A DNA stretch of 64,000 nucleotides from Trichosphaerium sp. ATCC 40318 (Eukaryota > Protista > Tubulinea). The stretch lies in NCBI GenBank assembly GCA_038496445.1, contig JALMLS010000552.1, positions 62,001-126,000 of the forward strand. The letters run 5' to 3'. A program made the translations under genes and the position numbers. The notes under the pieces were generated by a model. That model was not told the DNA's origin. It was given only the letters and a program-made list of their open reading frames with translations, and did not search any database. This document shows, in pieces, positions 25,835 through 39,664 of this stretch. Numbering within the stretch: the first letter of the stretch is position 1; every line of letters begins with the position of its first letter.

Positions 25835-26345
25835 TAAAAAAAGCTTAATACCCTCACAGTTTGTTATCATAAGTTGACATGAAATAATTGTTACAACTGG
25901 TCCTATCCACATCTTAATCTAGCATTGTCCTAAACGAATAGAAATACTTTGTTTATAAAAAGTCTACATTTTCAAATTGTGAAGGGTACAAACTACCTAA
26001 CGCTGAAATCACTTATCGTCAAATAGGCATGGAGCTTGCCTCGCTCATATGAGCAGTACCTATCACTATCTAACACCTTAGCTGCCGCCAAGTCCTGACT
26101 GGAATGGTGATATTACAATACTATAGCTTTGTTTACAGGAGCATTAGGATCATCTCCAACTCACAACTAGAATGAGGAGAATCACAAAATGAGTTATTTA
26201 CCACATGAGGCAATATTTGATGCTACATACTAGACAATTGGAAATTGTTATCTCATCGTTGAAGCTTACCCACTACCAATGCAATATACTTTATTTAACT
26301 TCTATGTTGAATTCACATGCCAACAGCATAATAACTTTTAACATT

Positions 26346-28100
26346 TTAGTGGTTGTCTTGGTATCTAATAAACTGGAGACGTTCAAGTAGTGTGAATCCA
26401 AGCTCTTTCATAATCTCACCTGTGATATCTTTCAAGTCAGCACACATACGATCTAACAATAATCCAAACTTCTGTGATCTCGATTCAGTAAACCCAGCTG
26501 ACATTAATACTGTGATCCAAGATGATGGTTTGTTTGTCACAGATTCTGATGAAAGTGCAATCGAAGGCTACAACAAGTTAGTGAATAATAGGATTCCAAA
26601 AAGTTGTAGTTGTTACATTGTCAAGGTTGATCGTTTCAAACTTATCCATCCATGATTGCGTTGATACAAGCTCATTAGCATTGATTAAAGGTGGTTGTTG
26701 ATTTGATTCATTGATGTTAACTGAATCATCCTTAAAAGATAAAAGAGTTAATGATCAATGGAAGTTACATAAAGAAAACTTACATTGTTGTCAATGATTT
26801 GTTTGAGGTCTTGTCTTTGTTTGAACTGAATGAGATGACATGCATTTTCAAGAATGTCAAGATCTTGTTTTGATTCTCCAAATTTCTGGGGTACATCTTG
26901 AATGACTTTTTTTGACATGAACATCTCATCATCAGATAGATGTACTTTGATTGATGATTTGTTGATGGGTTGTTTATCCAATTCTTGATGATGTATCTAA
27001 ATATCATTGAGTGTAACATACTGAAAAACGTGACATTACCTTTTTGTGATTGAACATCAAGTTCTGTGGTTCTGATTCGCCGTTATAATTAATGCCACCT
27101 GTAACCAAACCAAAACCTTGAGATATTGCCAACGAATGAAATGATTTGTGGGCAAACTCACGATATTTTCCAGGTAATTTTAATGGTGTCTTTGATTTGA
27201 ACCGATCCATCCATTTCCCTCTACCCCAAGCAAACAAACAACCTTCATCATCAATTGCAAATGATGAATTGTAACCAGCATGGATAGATTTGATATTGTT
27301 GAGTCCTTTAATTATACCTTGAGCATACTCTTTTCCAAAAAGCCCAAGCCACCTAACCCAAGGCACCCATCTTTGTTACATCCAAAAGAAAATACTTGTC
27401 CTGACTTGAGGAGAACAAGCATGTGATAACGACCAATGGCAATATCAGTGGCATTTTCAATACTTGGAACACGTGAAATTCTATTTGGTTTCAAGAATAA
27501 TGATTTGTCTATGTCTTTGATATTTGTTGTTCCCCAAAGAAATACATGACTTGTCAATGTAATTGCTCCACTTACACGCTCATTAGTTTCAATTTTTGTG
27601 ACTTCTTCAAGATGAGGAATTACTATTGGGAGTGAAACTACATCCTTGTGAAATGAATGACCCAATTCATTGTGTGTGTTGTGTCCCCAAGAGTAGACAT
27701 TACCCGATTGTGATAACGCCATACTCACATGAGAGGCAGTGACTTGAGTGATTTTGTTGAGATTTGGAACACGTGTTGGTGACGAAACAGGTGACTCAAA
27801 GTGACCCAGACCTAAACCCACTTGACCATGTTTGTTATAGCCCCATGCATACACAATACCGCTAGAATCAACTGCAAGGCTATGATAGAACCCAGCAGCA
27901 ACACAGATGATATTTATAAGTGACTTTATTGGCCTTGCGATAGAACTCTTCTCTTCACCTTTATTACCCAATTGGTGGTATTCGTTCGACCCCCACGTGT
28001 AAACAAAGCCATCGTCTGCGATTGTCATCGAATGTGCTAAACCAGTGGCCAACCGGTTAACATATTGTAAATTAACCTCGTTTGATTGCGGCTCAGCCAT
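26346..28100 (-). CDS. RCC1 beta-propeller + KFG/SWxDK/SAM cassette, copy B (1-nt frameshift at ~27352, possibly an assembly error)
   Basis: Near-identical paralogue of 19673 (MAEPQSNEVNLQYVNRLATG); same 25-nt intron at 26997-27021; ends SWITVLMSAGF..DITGEIMKELGFTLLERLQFIRYQDNH. Confidence 0.8.
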
Positions 28101-28771
28101 AAACGTGCTTTGTGAAAATGTATGTTGTAAGTGTTTACTTATTTTGACAAGCGGCAATTTTTCTCCAATCAACCATTTTGAACGCTGAAAAATCGTTTGG
28201 AGTGCGCACAACAAGTAAATCACCTTTGTCTACCCGTACCGTTAACCAAGTTGCTCTACTTTCGCGAAAGGGAAATGTCAACTGTGGCATTTTTTCTAAC
28301 TGCCAAAACACTCTCACCATACTTTCTCACATGTAGAGATACGGTTTGTTCCATTTTTAGTTCTGAAATATGCGACATTGGAATTGTAAATCTCAAGTGA
28401 GCAGTTAACGCTTGTTGCGTTATTTTTACGCGTGGAAAGCACATTCAGGTACTTTTGGTATGTCTAAAATCCAAAATATGCTAAAACCAAGCAGCCAAAA
28501 AAAGTTACAAACGGATTGCTTGTGCACTTACAAGCATAGTACAGATATGAATTTACACTCAAGATACTGTTAGCACCCATTTTAATGGTGTGTGTTGAGT
28601 TAGGCGTTTAGGCGTCAGGTTAAGTCAATCCTGGTTCAAGATACTTTGAGCCCTCCTTACTTTTTGTTTACGAAATTTGGCTTTCTCATAAATGGTACAT
28701 AGTGTATCACGTGCCTCTGTTAAATTACTAAATACATTCAAATATTTCGGTCTATAGGTACTTTGGAATCA

Positions 28772-28902
28772 GGGGCCATAGTTTTTTCCGAATTTTCCGA
28801 AATCAAAAATTCAGAAAGTAGAAAGTGTAGAAAGATGCATAGCTAGGGCAGTCCACTAAACTAGAAAGCGCCTGGTTCTCTTACGGTCGGGTCCTCTCTG
28901 TG
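28772..28902. mobile_element. Left half of the Mutator-type MITE
   Basis: ~130 bp nearly identical to 3211-3342. Confidence 0.8.
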
Positions 28903-29973
28903 GCTTATCTTATTAGATTGGTGCTGACTTTCCTGCAAATTTGTACATGTTGATAACAAGACTACAGTTAAGCTACAATTATGGGTAATTAAAAAGCAAA
29001 TCACGTGTTGGGTTTTGACTTGAATTTGTAGGAACTTGCAGGTTTGTATTGAAACAAAAGTATGCTGTTTAAACTGTGTTTGTAGGACAAGAGCGGTTTG
29101 TGGCTAACAGCAAAGTACGACATTACTCCAAATATGTCATTAGTAGTAAAGTTTTTGTGTTGAAGCTGGGTTACAATGGCTAAAATTTCTTAAACACAAC
29201 ATTTTCTTTCCTGGCACTAAGGGTCCTATTCCTACCCTTATACTCCTAAACACAGTACAATAAACTATACTTCAGACAGTCACTGACAAGGTTAGCTAGA
29301 CAAGATAGATGATTTTCAGCACTTTAGGGCAGAACATGGAATGAAGCACTTTTGTGAAGAACATGGATTCCTCACGTGGTTTGAAACATCAGCAAAGGAA
29401 ATAATAGATATTGAAAAATCGTTTTTGTACATTGCTAAAGAAATACTCAACAAATTTGAACAAGTTGAACTGAAAAGAACTGAAGAAGGGCAGATACGCA
29501 AACAAAATACCAAAAACTCAAGTATTATGTTGTCTTTTTTTTAAAGGCTTTTTTCATACAGACGAAAAAAACTCCAAAGAAGTATGTCACTCTTTTCATT
29601 GCTTTACAATACCATTAACTTGTATATTTGAGAATGAACATGACGATATTGACAGTACATCATCAACAGAAGCCGAAGGTGATCCTAACAATACATCTGT
29701 GGTAACAGTAAACAGTGACAAACCATTAATTGGCGATACAAATACCAAGGAGAGTGTCGAGTTGGATCAAACTCAACAACATGCTCACATTAATTCCAAC
29801 AAGGAAATCAAACCACATACAACCAATGCACCTGTACTCAACAAAGGTACGGTAGGTAAGAACGACTGTGATTACATGAAAAAGATAGAGCGTGCAGAGG
29901 TGAAAGAAGATCCAAAAGAGAAGTACTTGTCAAAAGCGCTTGTTGATCCCAATCGTGAATACACCAAGTTTGG

Positions 29974-30127
29974 TGTAAGAGGGTAAGGTAGTCAAGAGTA
30001 GTGGTTGAGCTGTTGTATACTATTTATTATGGTCTTAAGGACCGTGTACATTAAGTGTGTGTTCTGTGAAGATTGGTTGAACATCAGTATGATTCTTGTT
30101 GACTAATTGATTGATTTCCACCTTACA
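29974..30127 (-). repeat. 3' LTR
   Basis: Identical to 36414-36567. Confidence 0.97.
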
Positions 30128-30252
30128 AGAACTCCCTTATCCTTTAGTATGACGCCCTCGTCATTGTCCTGGTATATATCGACCGACTTGCTATATGGAA
30201 ACCTTAGTAACCAAATTAACCAGAATTTAACTGGAGGCAAATTCTATAACAA

Positions 30253-33200
30253 TCAGTGATCTCCACTCAGAGACAACGCAATATCTAGCGCAAATATATC
30301 TTCAAAGTTCTCTATAATCTTGTCCATCCAATCTCTGATATCTCCTTTCGAGTTACATCTCTTCAATTCTCCTATGAGTTTCTTCTGTGTTGTTCCATCT
30401 CGTACGTATGGTGATCCCATTCCCATAACGTCTTTTATACTCTGCTTTAGCTTATCTTTCGATAACGTCGGTGCTGTTGCCGCTATATCTTTCAATATAC
30501 TTTTGAGTAATTCTGTTCTATGTGCTTTTGTAGATCTTGTTATTCTTTTGTTAGTCGATGTTACTCCCCCTTTTTCTAACTTTTCTGCTATTTCTTTTAC
30601 CTTTCCAATATCCTTCTCAGGTAATTCATCTTTCTTCTTTTCTTCCTCTTTGTTATAATCTGGTACGTAATCATCATCGCCGACCATTCTTACTTCACCA
30701 TTTTCATCCTCAAATTTCGTATAATCTTCTTCAATATCGTCTTCTGGTCGTAAGAATGAGTCAATGAATGGCTTGATTCTCTCTACGTTCATGACTCTGC
30801 TCATCTGACTATCTTCTGGCAATTGTAGTAGTACCGTGTTTTGTCCTACTAACTTTAATATTTTATATGGGCCTCTCCATTTGCATGTGAATTTTCCATG
30901 TTTTTCCTTCTTATATGGTACTCGTAACCATATCAATTGATCTTCTACAAACTTAACCCATCTACGTCTCTTGTTATAATATCTGGCCTGATCCTTCTTT
31001 GCTCTTAATATTGCCTTCTTCGTTGTTTGATATGCGTGTTTGTAATCGATGAGCCAATATTTCTGCCCAGTGTGACATGTTATATTTATCAGGTATTTCT
31101 ACTTTATCTTCTGATAACATATCTACTGGTAATCGTGGTTCTCTTCCATACATCAAAGCGAATGGTGAGTACTTTGTTGAATGGTGTACCGCTGTTCTGT
31201 ACGCGTATAATGCGTAAGGTATCCAATAATCCCAGTCATTCTGATTCTCATTTACGAAAGATTTGAGAATCTCTACTATTGTATGATTAAACCTCTCTGT
31301 CTGTCCGTCTGTTTGTGGATGAAATGCCGTCGTCTTCAATGGTGATATATATAGAGTTTGATATACTCTATTCATAAATTTCCCTGTAAAGTCTCTTCCT
31401 TGATCTGTTAAGACTTGTTTCGGCATTCCATATCTGAAACAAAATTCTTTAATAAAAACTATTGCTACGTCGGTTGCATGATGACTCGTTAGTGGATACG
31501 CATCTGTCCATTTTGTGAAGTGATCTGTGATCACTAACATATATTTATATCCTCTAGCTGTCATTGGTAGAGGACCCACTATGTCCATGGCTACCAGTTC
31601 CATCGGTTGTAGTATCGGGAACGATACTGTGAAACCTCCTTTGGGTTGTCGTGGTGTCTTCGCTCTTTGACATTTCTTGCACGAGTCACACCATTCCTTG
31701 ATATCTGAGTACATCTGAGGCCAATAAAATCTTCTTGTAGCTCTATCGTATGTTTTAATAAAGCCAAAGTGTCCTGCGAATGGCATGTCGTGACACGTTC
31801 TCATCACGAAGTTCTGTAGTACTTCGGGTACATATATTTGTACGTGTTGTTGCTTCATGTCAATTCGTGATCCTCCTGTACCCACGTGATATAATATGTG
31901 CGTGTTTTCGTCATATCGCAACATTTTTGCTTTTGTTATGAATATGGATTTCTTAAATCCGTATTGTTTTTGTACCCAACTTGGTATTCTTCCTTTCGTC
32001 AAAAACTCTATGTAAGCTGACGCTTCTCCATCTTCTCTCTGTGCCGCACTCCAATTTATAGGTGCTAATTTATCTATAACATTTACTATGTGTGGATACC
32101 AAGGCGTAAATTCATCTCTTTTAGATACTGCCTGTTCTTCGTCAATGGTTCCATCATATGTACCCTCGGTAAGTAATAATAGTTGATTTCTTCTATGATC
32201 AACTGCACTGGTTGTATGTATAAAATTTACTCTGGCCAGAGGTGGACGTGTGAGTGCATCCGCGTCCAAGTGCTTCTTACCGGGTTTGTATACGAGTTTA
32301 AAATCGTAATTTTGCAACTCAAGCAGCCAATATGCAACTAACGCTCTAGGATTTGATAGGTTCTGAATATATTCAAGTGGTTTATGATCAGTGTATACGA
32401 TCAACTTGAATTGGGAGAAGGATATATATCCTGCGAACTCTTTTATCGCCAATATGATACCTAGGGTTTCTCTCTCTATAGTAGAGTAATTTTGTTGCGC
32501 TGCGTTAAAGGTCTTACTGTAGTATGCCACTACATGCTCTTTTCCACCCACCTTCTGTACCAATGTAGCTCCCGCTGCAACTTTGGATGCATCTACATGT
32601 ATTTCGAAGGGTAATGTAAAATCTGGGTGCCTTAGTATTGGCGGAGATATCAATAAATTCTTCAGTTTCTCATACGCCTTTTGTTGTACTGGTGTCCAAT
32701 CCCATTCCTTATCTTTGTGTTTGAGTAGATTTAGTGGATGTGCCCACTTCGCGTAATCGGGTACGAATCTTCTGTAGTAGCCAGTGATACCCAGGAAACG
32801 TTCCAGCTCGGTGACATTAGTTGGAGGCAAAGCCTCATCAATGGACTTGATAATTCTAGGATTTGTCGCTATCCCTTCTGCAGATACAACATGTCCTAAG
32901 AATTCAACTTCGTCTTTAAAAAGCACAGTCTTCGAGGCTTTAAGCATAACATTATGCTCTTCCAGGCGGTCAAACATGAGCTTAAGATGTACGAGATGCT
33001 CTTCAAAGCTCTGACTGAATACTATGATATCATCTACGTAGCAGAGGAGTGTAAATTGAAAAATAGCAAAAAATCGGTAATCGATACAGAACCTCCAAGT
33101 TCCATCCTTTTTCTTTACCAGTACCACAGGAGCCGACCATTGCGACTTAGAGGGTTGTATCACCCCTTGATCCAACATCTTCTCTAATTCTTCTTTCACA

Positions 33201-36200
33201 ATTGCTCTCTTGTGTGGATTTAGCGGTCTGTATGGTATATGTACCGGCTTTGCTCCTTCTTTTGTATCTATAAAGTGCTTTGTTCCTTTGGCATTTGCAG
33301 GTTTCTTCAGTTTAGTGGTGAATCTATCCACGTAACCTGCCATGAATTTGTATGCTCTTTCTTTTTGTTCTTTTGTTAATTTCGATCCTTCCATTTTGAA
33401 CATTTCTTTGGCTTTCTTGATCTCTTCCTCCGTGATATCTTTTTCTTCTTCTTTCATCTTTCTAATCTCCTTAGTGTAATCAATATCCAACGATGTAACT
33501 TCATCATGCTCCGTTAAAGGCGTGAACCGAGCAATGTTGCATTTTGCTGGTATAAATTTTCCTTTGTTAGACATATTCATCACTTGCACCGGTACTGCCT
33601 TCGTCTTAACCACTCTACCGCATGTTCTCGCCATCTGTATACCGAATCTATTCAATAAATAATTGTTTCCGTCAAATTCTTCTCCCTTATGTGCCTCTAC
33701 TACCCCTTCTTTAAAAGTAACAGGTGCAGATAGGTTCGCCCAAAACGTCACTTGCGAATATTTTGGAATCTTGATCCTGTTTCCAGTTATAACATTTGCG
33801 GCGTCTGCTCTAGTGGATTTTTGACGTTGACAAGTCATTCGAATGTTCTCTCCGAGTCGATTCCGTACGACATTTTGATCAAATAACATGGACACTCCAA
33901 ATTTTGACATCATATTTGTACCGACCAAGAGAGGGTATCGAAAATTCTTCACTACGAAGCACATCACATTCTTCTTGTATGTTCCCAGCTTGATTGGTAC
34001 TACTGTAGTTCCTATTACGTTGATAGGAGAATTATTAGCCGCGTAGACCGGTTTGTTGTGATCCTTGAATATCCTCTGTTTCTTTCCCAATTTCTTAACC
34101 AAACTGTAGTCAATTATACTACACGATGCGCCTGAGTCTAGCACCGTCTCTATCATCTTTACTTTACCCACTGCAGTAGTTGTAGTTGCAACATTGAAAT
34201 TATATTTCGCTGTGTTGATGCCCCTCATCTCGTCTTCTTCTATATTGTTGATCACTTGTGTGTACTCAACATCTCTTCCTGGTTTCTTGATATTGTCCCG
34301 TACTTCGTAGTCTCTGTCGCACTTTACTGTAGGTATCTTCTCATTAACTAAGCAATTTATACTCTCACGTTGTAATCTTGTGAGTTTTGCTTCGTCTCTT
34401 ATTTCAAATCTGTTTGTAATATTTGAAGGACCGGTGAATAAACTTGCAACGTTATACTGAGAACCGCTCCAGATACCTTTATTTGGATATTTTTGTTCAT
34501 CCACAGTGTACACATCTCTACGTGGTACAGGACACTCTTCTTCCGTGTGGTAGTATCCCTTACACCTGTTGCAAACTACTTCTCTACTGCGTGGTCTTCC
34601 CTCGTTTCTTCTTCTGTCATTCCTCTGGTATCCTCTATCTTGATCACTCCTCGATCCATTTTTCCAATTGCCACGGTTGCGATCGTAGTTAGGCTGATAA
34701 TTCCTTCCTTTGTAGCGCCTCTGTGGGTTATAGTTGTTGCGCCCACGACCCTTTCCGTATCTGCGTCCTTGATTGCCATTATCGCGTCTGTTGTTCCTGC
34801 GATCATAAGACAATCTCTTTCCTCCATTTTGACGCTTCGCATTGTAACCATCTCGTCTGCGATCTCCATCCTCATCATATCTTTTCCTTTTCCTCTCTGA
34901 TCCCTTGTCGTAGATCACATTGACCTCCTCTGTTCCTTGGTTTGATCTCTGGGCGTCCCTGGTCTTTGCAAAGTCTTTTACTTTGCGATTTTCTTCTATT
35001 TCAGTGACGTACTTAAGTACTTTTTGAAAATCGTACTTTTCGTAACTGTCACCGAACTTAGACTCCACCTTGAGCTTGAGAGTGTACAGCAATCCTCTGT
35101 AGAACTCTTCTTCCATCCTTTTTCGTGATAATTGCGCAAGGGTAGCGTATTTTTGTACCAAGGCTCTATACTCCTCAATACTTTGTGAACTCTTCTGTTT
35201 GAGCTCCTCAAGCTTCATCCGCGCTTGTTTCCGTTGTAATTCAGGACTGTAAGCACGAATCAGAGCCAATACCGCCGCCACCGGGTCAAATGTGTACTCC
35301 TCCTTGCTCAACATCTCATTCACCTTTCCTTTTGCCAAAATACGCAATGCAAAGATATATTCTCTCTTCCCCAAGTTGAAGCCGTTAGCCATCTGTTGCA
35401 CGCCTTTGAGATAGTTGTTGAGTGCAATAGACGTCATCTCGCCATCACCAAACGTCGGAAATGAATTGGTAATGCCACCAATCCTCGATAAACTTCCGTG
35501 GCAGTTATACCAATCATTTCCAATGCACTTTCCATCAGATCCTTTCACTCCATGCGGTAAGAAATCATAAATCGCTTGTCGTTCCTTCTTTGTGCAATAA
35601 CCATCCTTAATAGTGGTCATATGGCGTCGTTGAGGCAGTTGCTTATCTTCATACTCCAATCCTTCGCCCTCAGAGTCAGATTCCGCTGGTTGTTGTTTAG
35701 AATCATTTGATTGATTCTTCTTCGGAATTTGGGAACCGTTCTCATCGCCTCTATCACCGTCAGAGTCATCATCTGAGTCGCCATCGTCTGAAGGGGGTCC
35801 ACCAGCTGCTATGTTGGGGATTGGTATTGATGGAGTTTTCGATTTGTTGATCGAAACTCTTCTTTTCTTCGCTGGTGTTGAAGTTGCTATCGGTGCTTTC
35901 CTCTTCTTCTTTTCCGCCGCTAATCTTCTGCTGATGCGTTTCATCTTCTTTTCCACCACCTTGCATTGAATTTCCAAACGCAAAATCAATCTCTCCGTTT
36001 CTTCAGCGTTTTCAATTTCTGCAGAGGTGAGGCCCCTGTATTCGTCTCGTTCCTTCGGTTCTTTCGGTTCAGACGTATCTCCATGGTGTGAGCGCTCTTC
36101 CTCCTCATATCCATCTTGCAAAGAGCCATCGTCGCTGTCTTCCTCGCTCTCATCCATGTTGCCAGGTGTTTGGGTAAGTTTAACGCTGTCACTACCAGAT

Positions 36201-36325
36201 TTAATTAGTTGCTCAAGACTTCTATCAAGATGTGGAGGTAATCTGGCGTTATCTAAACCGTGTGCCGTGTAATCCTCGCTGTTATCTCGTAAAGTCTTCT
36301 CCCCGTCGTCGTTGTTTGTTGTCAT
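30253..36325 (-). CDS. Gypsy Gag-Pol polyprotein in a single frame; RT internally deleted; integrase tail frameshifted at ~31040
   Basis: Zn knuckle CNRCKGYYHTEEEC; protease LDSGA; RT WRFCIDYR..YVDD; RNase H VDAS..YTDH; integrase HDMPFAGH..CKKC, MDIVGP, TDQG, TERFN; GPY motif in ORF 30253..30936. Confidence 0.95.
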
Positions 36326-36413
36326 CGTTGATTGATATAGAATTCCTGTTTATTGTACTTGAAAGATTTTCTTCGTGTGTTTCAAAATTCAAAGACTGCT
36401 GCGTGTCGCCAAA

Positions 36414-36567
36414 TGTAAGAGGGTAAGGTAGTCAAGAGTAGTGGTTGAGCTGTTGTATACTATTTATTATGGTCTTAAGGACCGTGTACATTAAGTGTGT
36501 GTTCTGTGAAGATTGGTTGAACATCAGTATGATTCTTGTTGACTAATTGATTGATTTCCACCTTACA
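36414..36567 (-). repeat. 5' LTR
   Basis: Identical to 29974-30127 and followed on the minus strand by the PBS. Confidence 0.97.
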
Positions 36568-37463
36568 TTGGAGATGATCTTGAGCATATTGACATCATTC
36601 AAAATGCTCTCGATTTACTGCAAAATCATCAAGAAAACAAGGTATTGTTAGTGAGAATCTACAGCAATTTGACTTGGCCATTTAGTCTGATCCGCCATAC
36701 AACAATGATTACCAAAATATTGATTCTTTCTCACCTGTGATTGATGCTGCAGCATCTACAAATTCATGGATAGACAAAAATAGTTACATCAAAGAAACTA
36801 AGGTATACACCACATCAATTATCAATTAACTATTACTACCTAGATAACGTTCAGTCCTCCTTCAACGAGATCAACATACCAACAACCCAACAAAGACCTT
36901 GATTGGAAAGAAAGACTTGTCAAGGTGGGAATTGCATATGAAAGAGCACAGGAACTTGGATCATTGATGAATGACGCAACTGTAAAAGTAAGTGATATTG
37001 TTGGGCACGTTTTAGAAGAGCTTGGATTTAATGTGGTTGAACGTATTAAAGTCATGAAAGCAAAGAAAATCAACATCCTTTGATAATCCAAACACTAAAA
37101 GATTGGAGTAGAGAACATGGATCACTAGGATGAGGCTCAACTATCCTGAGACCACAAACTGATACATTAAAGCTTCTGTCAAATAAAGTCACTGTTTTTT
37201 TATTTAACATCTTAGCATTCACTGCTTATTCTGCACAAACAAGATACTTTAGGGCTCGAAATTCGTTGCAAACAGTAATCTCCTGGGAGTAGAGGCGGTT
37301 GTGGTTTTGTCCCAGCTTACCAGCCTACAATAAATTGTAACTGGCTAAACATTGGTCACGGCAATTCAAGAAAGAAAATTACCTGGAAACTACAAATTAA
37401 CCCCCACAGTTATATTCAAAAAGCAAAAAAGCAACGCATAGCGAACTCTGTAACAAAACTAAA

Positions 37464-38369
37464 ATGGAAATACAACCAATCAATTATGATGTCACCAATT
37501 CATTCTTGGACGAGTTAAACTACGATATGTTCTACGATATTGTAAACTTGCTTTTATTTTATGACGCTCCAGCCGTAGCTCATTTAAAAGCCACAAACAA
37601 ACATATCTATCAACGTGTAGAATCCATACCGACTTGCGCACGTGATAAACTGCAAGAAATCGCATTTCTTCAGATACTCAATCCTGAGCCTGAAGCATAC
37701 CTAAAGCTACTCCAAGTGATAAGGAAAGGCAACTACAAAGTCTTTTGCACCAATAAGAGCCTCAACAATTTTAAGTCGTTTCAATCTCTGTACGAAGGTC
37801 TTTCATCGCCTGATGCGTCAACTATGGGTATGAATCCAATTACCGAGTTCCTTAAACCAGCTTTCGCGTCAGAAGCGTGGACTTGGCCAAAATCTATTTA
37901 TTGTAGTACGTGTTTCGATGCTGTTGACACACGCTTTGGCCCTGGTATTCATCTCACGATAGCTGCTGCACGTGCACATGATAAAAATGTTTGTAGTAGA
38001 CATATTAACCATAAGGAAGCGTTTACTCCTCTTGTATGCGCGATATGTAGCCTGGGGAACGCTGTATTCGCATGGGAAGGAAAATAATACTGTGCTAGAT
38101 GTATGGCAAAAAGTACAGTTCGTTCATTGAAGTATATCATACATCATCAGGTTGTCTATGATACAATACGTAGAGATATTGTCCCATGTATCAGTGACAT
38201 GAAAAAAGATGATGCACGGCTTGCTGTGGACCATTTAGATGACGAAACACAAGAGAAACTGGCTGATCCTAATAGTTTTGTATTCTGTATTCAACAGGTG
38301 AACGCAGATGTATTTTTCCATGATGGCTTTGATTGTGGTTGCCTTTGGATTCTCGGATGGGATGTGTAA
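37464..38369 (+). pseudogene. F-box-like + Cys-rich family, copy 1 (in-frame TAA at 38085)
   Basis: Colinear with 48018..48953. WEGK*YCARC where the paralogues read WEGKNYCSKC; the frame continues to CGCLWILGWDV. Confidence 0.75.
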
Positions 38370-38861
38370 ACGGTTCTGGAAAAATCAATCTTTAATAAAG
38401 CTTTTTTCTCTAACAGTTTAAGGTCACTACTCTAATTTTAACTGCATCAAGCAAGAGTTCAGATGTAATATGCATTGATTGTCTTCTTTGTTATTAGGTT
38501 ATTATTGCGCTTTCCACCTTGACATATTGTCAACGCTTACAGCCTAATAATCAATTGCTTAAAATGTTTATAGCGTTATTTATTATACAGTATATAGTAT
38601 TATCCCAAGCAATTTGGAAGAGTATTTAATCCCATCCAAGGATCCATAGGCAACAACATCTAAAGGTTAACAGTTATAGAAGTTTTGTGTACCTTCTGAA
38701 TGTAAAACACAAAGCTGCTAGGATCTGCGACTTTTGCTTCATTTCATTATCCAAATGTTCTACAATGAGCTTTGGGTTATCCTTATCAATAGCATGTACC
38801 CCGGGTACATTTCGTTTGACATCTTCCTTGCCCTCATCCTTGTCAAAAACCTTGTGTACAA
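38215..38861. repeat. Inverted duplication partner of 48712-49376, including a 3' fragment of Cys-rich copy 2 on the minus strand (38626-38861)
   Basis: The reverse complement aligns across both gene 3' ends and the intergenic spacer. Confidence 0.85.
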
Positions 38862-39019
38862 GCAGCTAATCCTTTATTTTTCTTTTTGTTGTGCAATATC
38901 TTGTTTAGTGTTCTGGTAGGATGTGTTGATCTCTTAAAATAAGTTGCACAGTCCAAAAACACTTACCTATTGCTTAGAGCAGGTTTTTCCATATGTAGTT
39001 GAGAAATACCTTCCTTTAT

Positions 39020-39190
39020 GTCATTCAAGTTTTAAGCCATAGTGACTTTTAACACAATCCACTTTCTGCCTCTGACGGATTTGACAGCTCTTTCAGAAGT
39101 TGCAAATCTCATATTTTTAAGTGTAATCTACCCTCACGACTGCCTAGCGAACCCAACCGTTTCAAACCCACGTGATTTAACAAACCAAGA
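39020..39190 (-). repeat. Partial inverted copy of the MITE-like family
   Basis: The reverse complement matches 50005-50185. Confidence 0.7.
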
Positions 39191-39664
39191 CTGACTTTTT
39201 TTTGTTTGAAAATAAATTGACAAAGAAAATAGTAGTAAAAACCTGAGAGATACAATAGAGCGAATTTTGCTAAGCAGTGCCACTTGTTGTACACACGTAA
39301 ATACGCATGGGAAACATGTTGTCACTAGTTTTAGTGCGTTTGTGTTATTTTGAAAGTCAAAAAAAAATCAATACTGTTTACGCGCAAAAAAAGTCAAATT
39401 TTTGCCGCGAAGAATTTAAATCACTATTTCCTCCACCCGTTAGGCTTTGGCAGTACTGATACTGCTGTTGCATGGCGCAGGTGGAACGTTGTGTGTGCTG
39501 TGAATACGTCAGGGCTGCTAAAGGCTCTAGAGTTACAGTACATTACAAAAATGACCAATGGCACATGGGAAGCTTTCTTTGTTTGTTAGATGTGCATAGC
39601 GAAGCGGATAAAGGATTTGCGTGTGCTCAGTGTCGGAATGAAAACGCAATTGTTGTAAAGGTAT

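Larger units (their letters stand above)
29974..36567 (-). mobile_element. Ty3/Gypsy LTR retrotransposon (6594 bp)
   Basis: Two identical 154-bp LTRs (TGTAAG...CTTACA) at 29974-30127 and 36414-36567; 4-bp TSD TTGG; PBS TGGCGACACGCAGCAG next to the 5' LTR; purine tract next to the 3' LTR; domain order Gag-PR-RT-RH-IN. Confidence 0.97.
28692..37083 (+). pseudogene. Rab32/38-like GTPase-SAM fusion, copy 3; P-loop exons deleted and Gypsy inserted
   Basis: Promoter and ATG exon match copy 2. The P-loop region is replaced by a MITE half at 28772-28902, and there is a stop after G4. The LTR element splits the TKFG|DD codons; the cassette exons resume at 36568-37083. Confidence 0.85.

Noticed and set aside
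33540-33800. dUTPase-like insert between protease and RT
   Set aside because: It matches the common degenerate Gypsy PR-RT linker, and catalytic dUTPase motifs are not evident.
30320-36272. Plus-strand and alternative-frame ORFs overlapping Gag-Pol
   Set aside because: These are shadow ORFs of a biased-composition coding strand, with no motifs.
38085-38087. In-frame TAA as evidence for a ciliate-type genetic code
   Set aside because: TAA, TAG and TGA all terminate other well-supported genes here (e.g. 48953, 14762, 18823), and long ORFs lack internal TAA/TAG.
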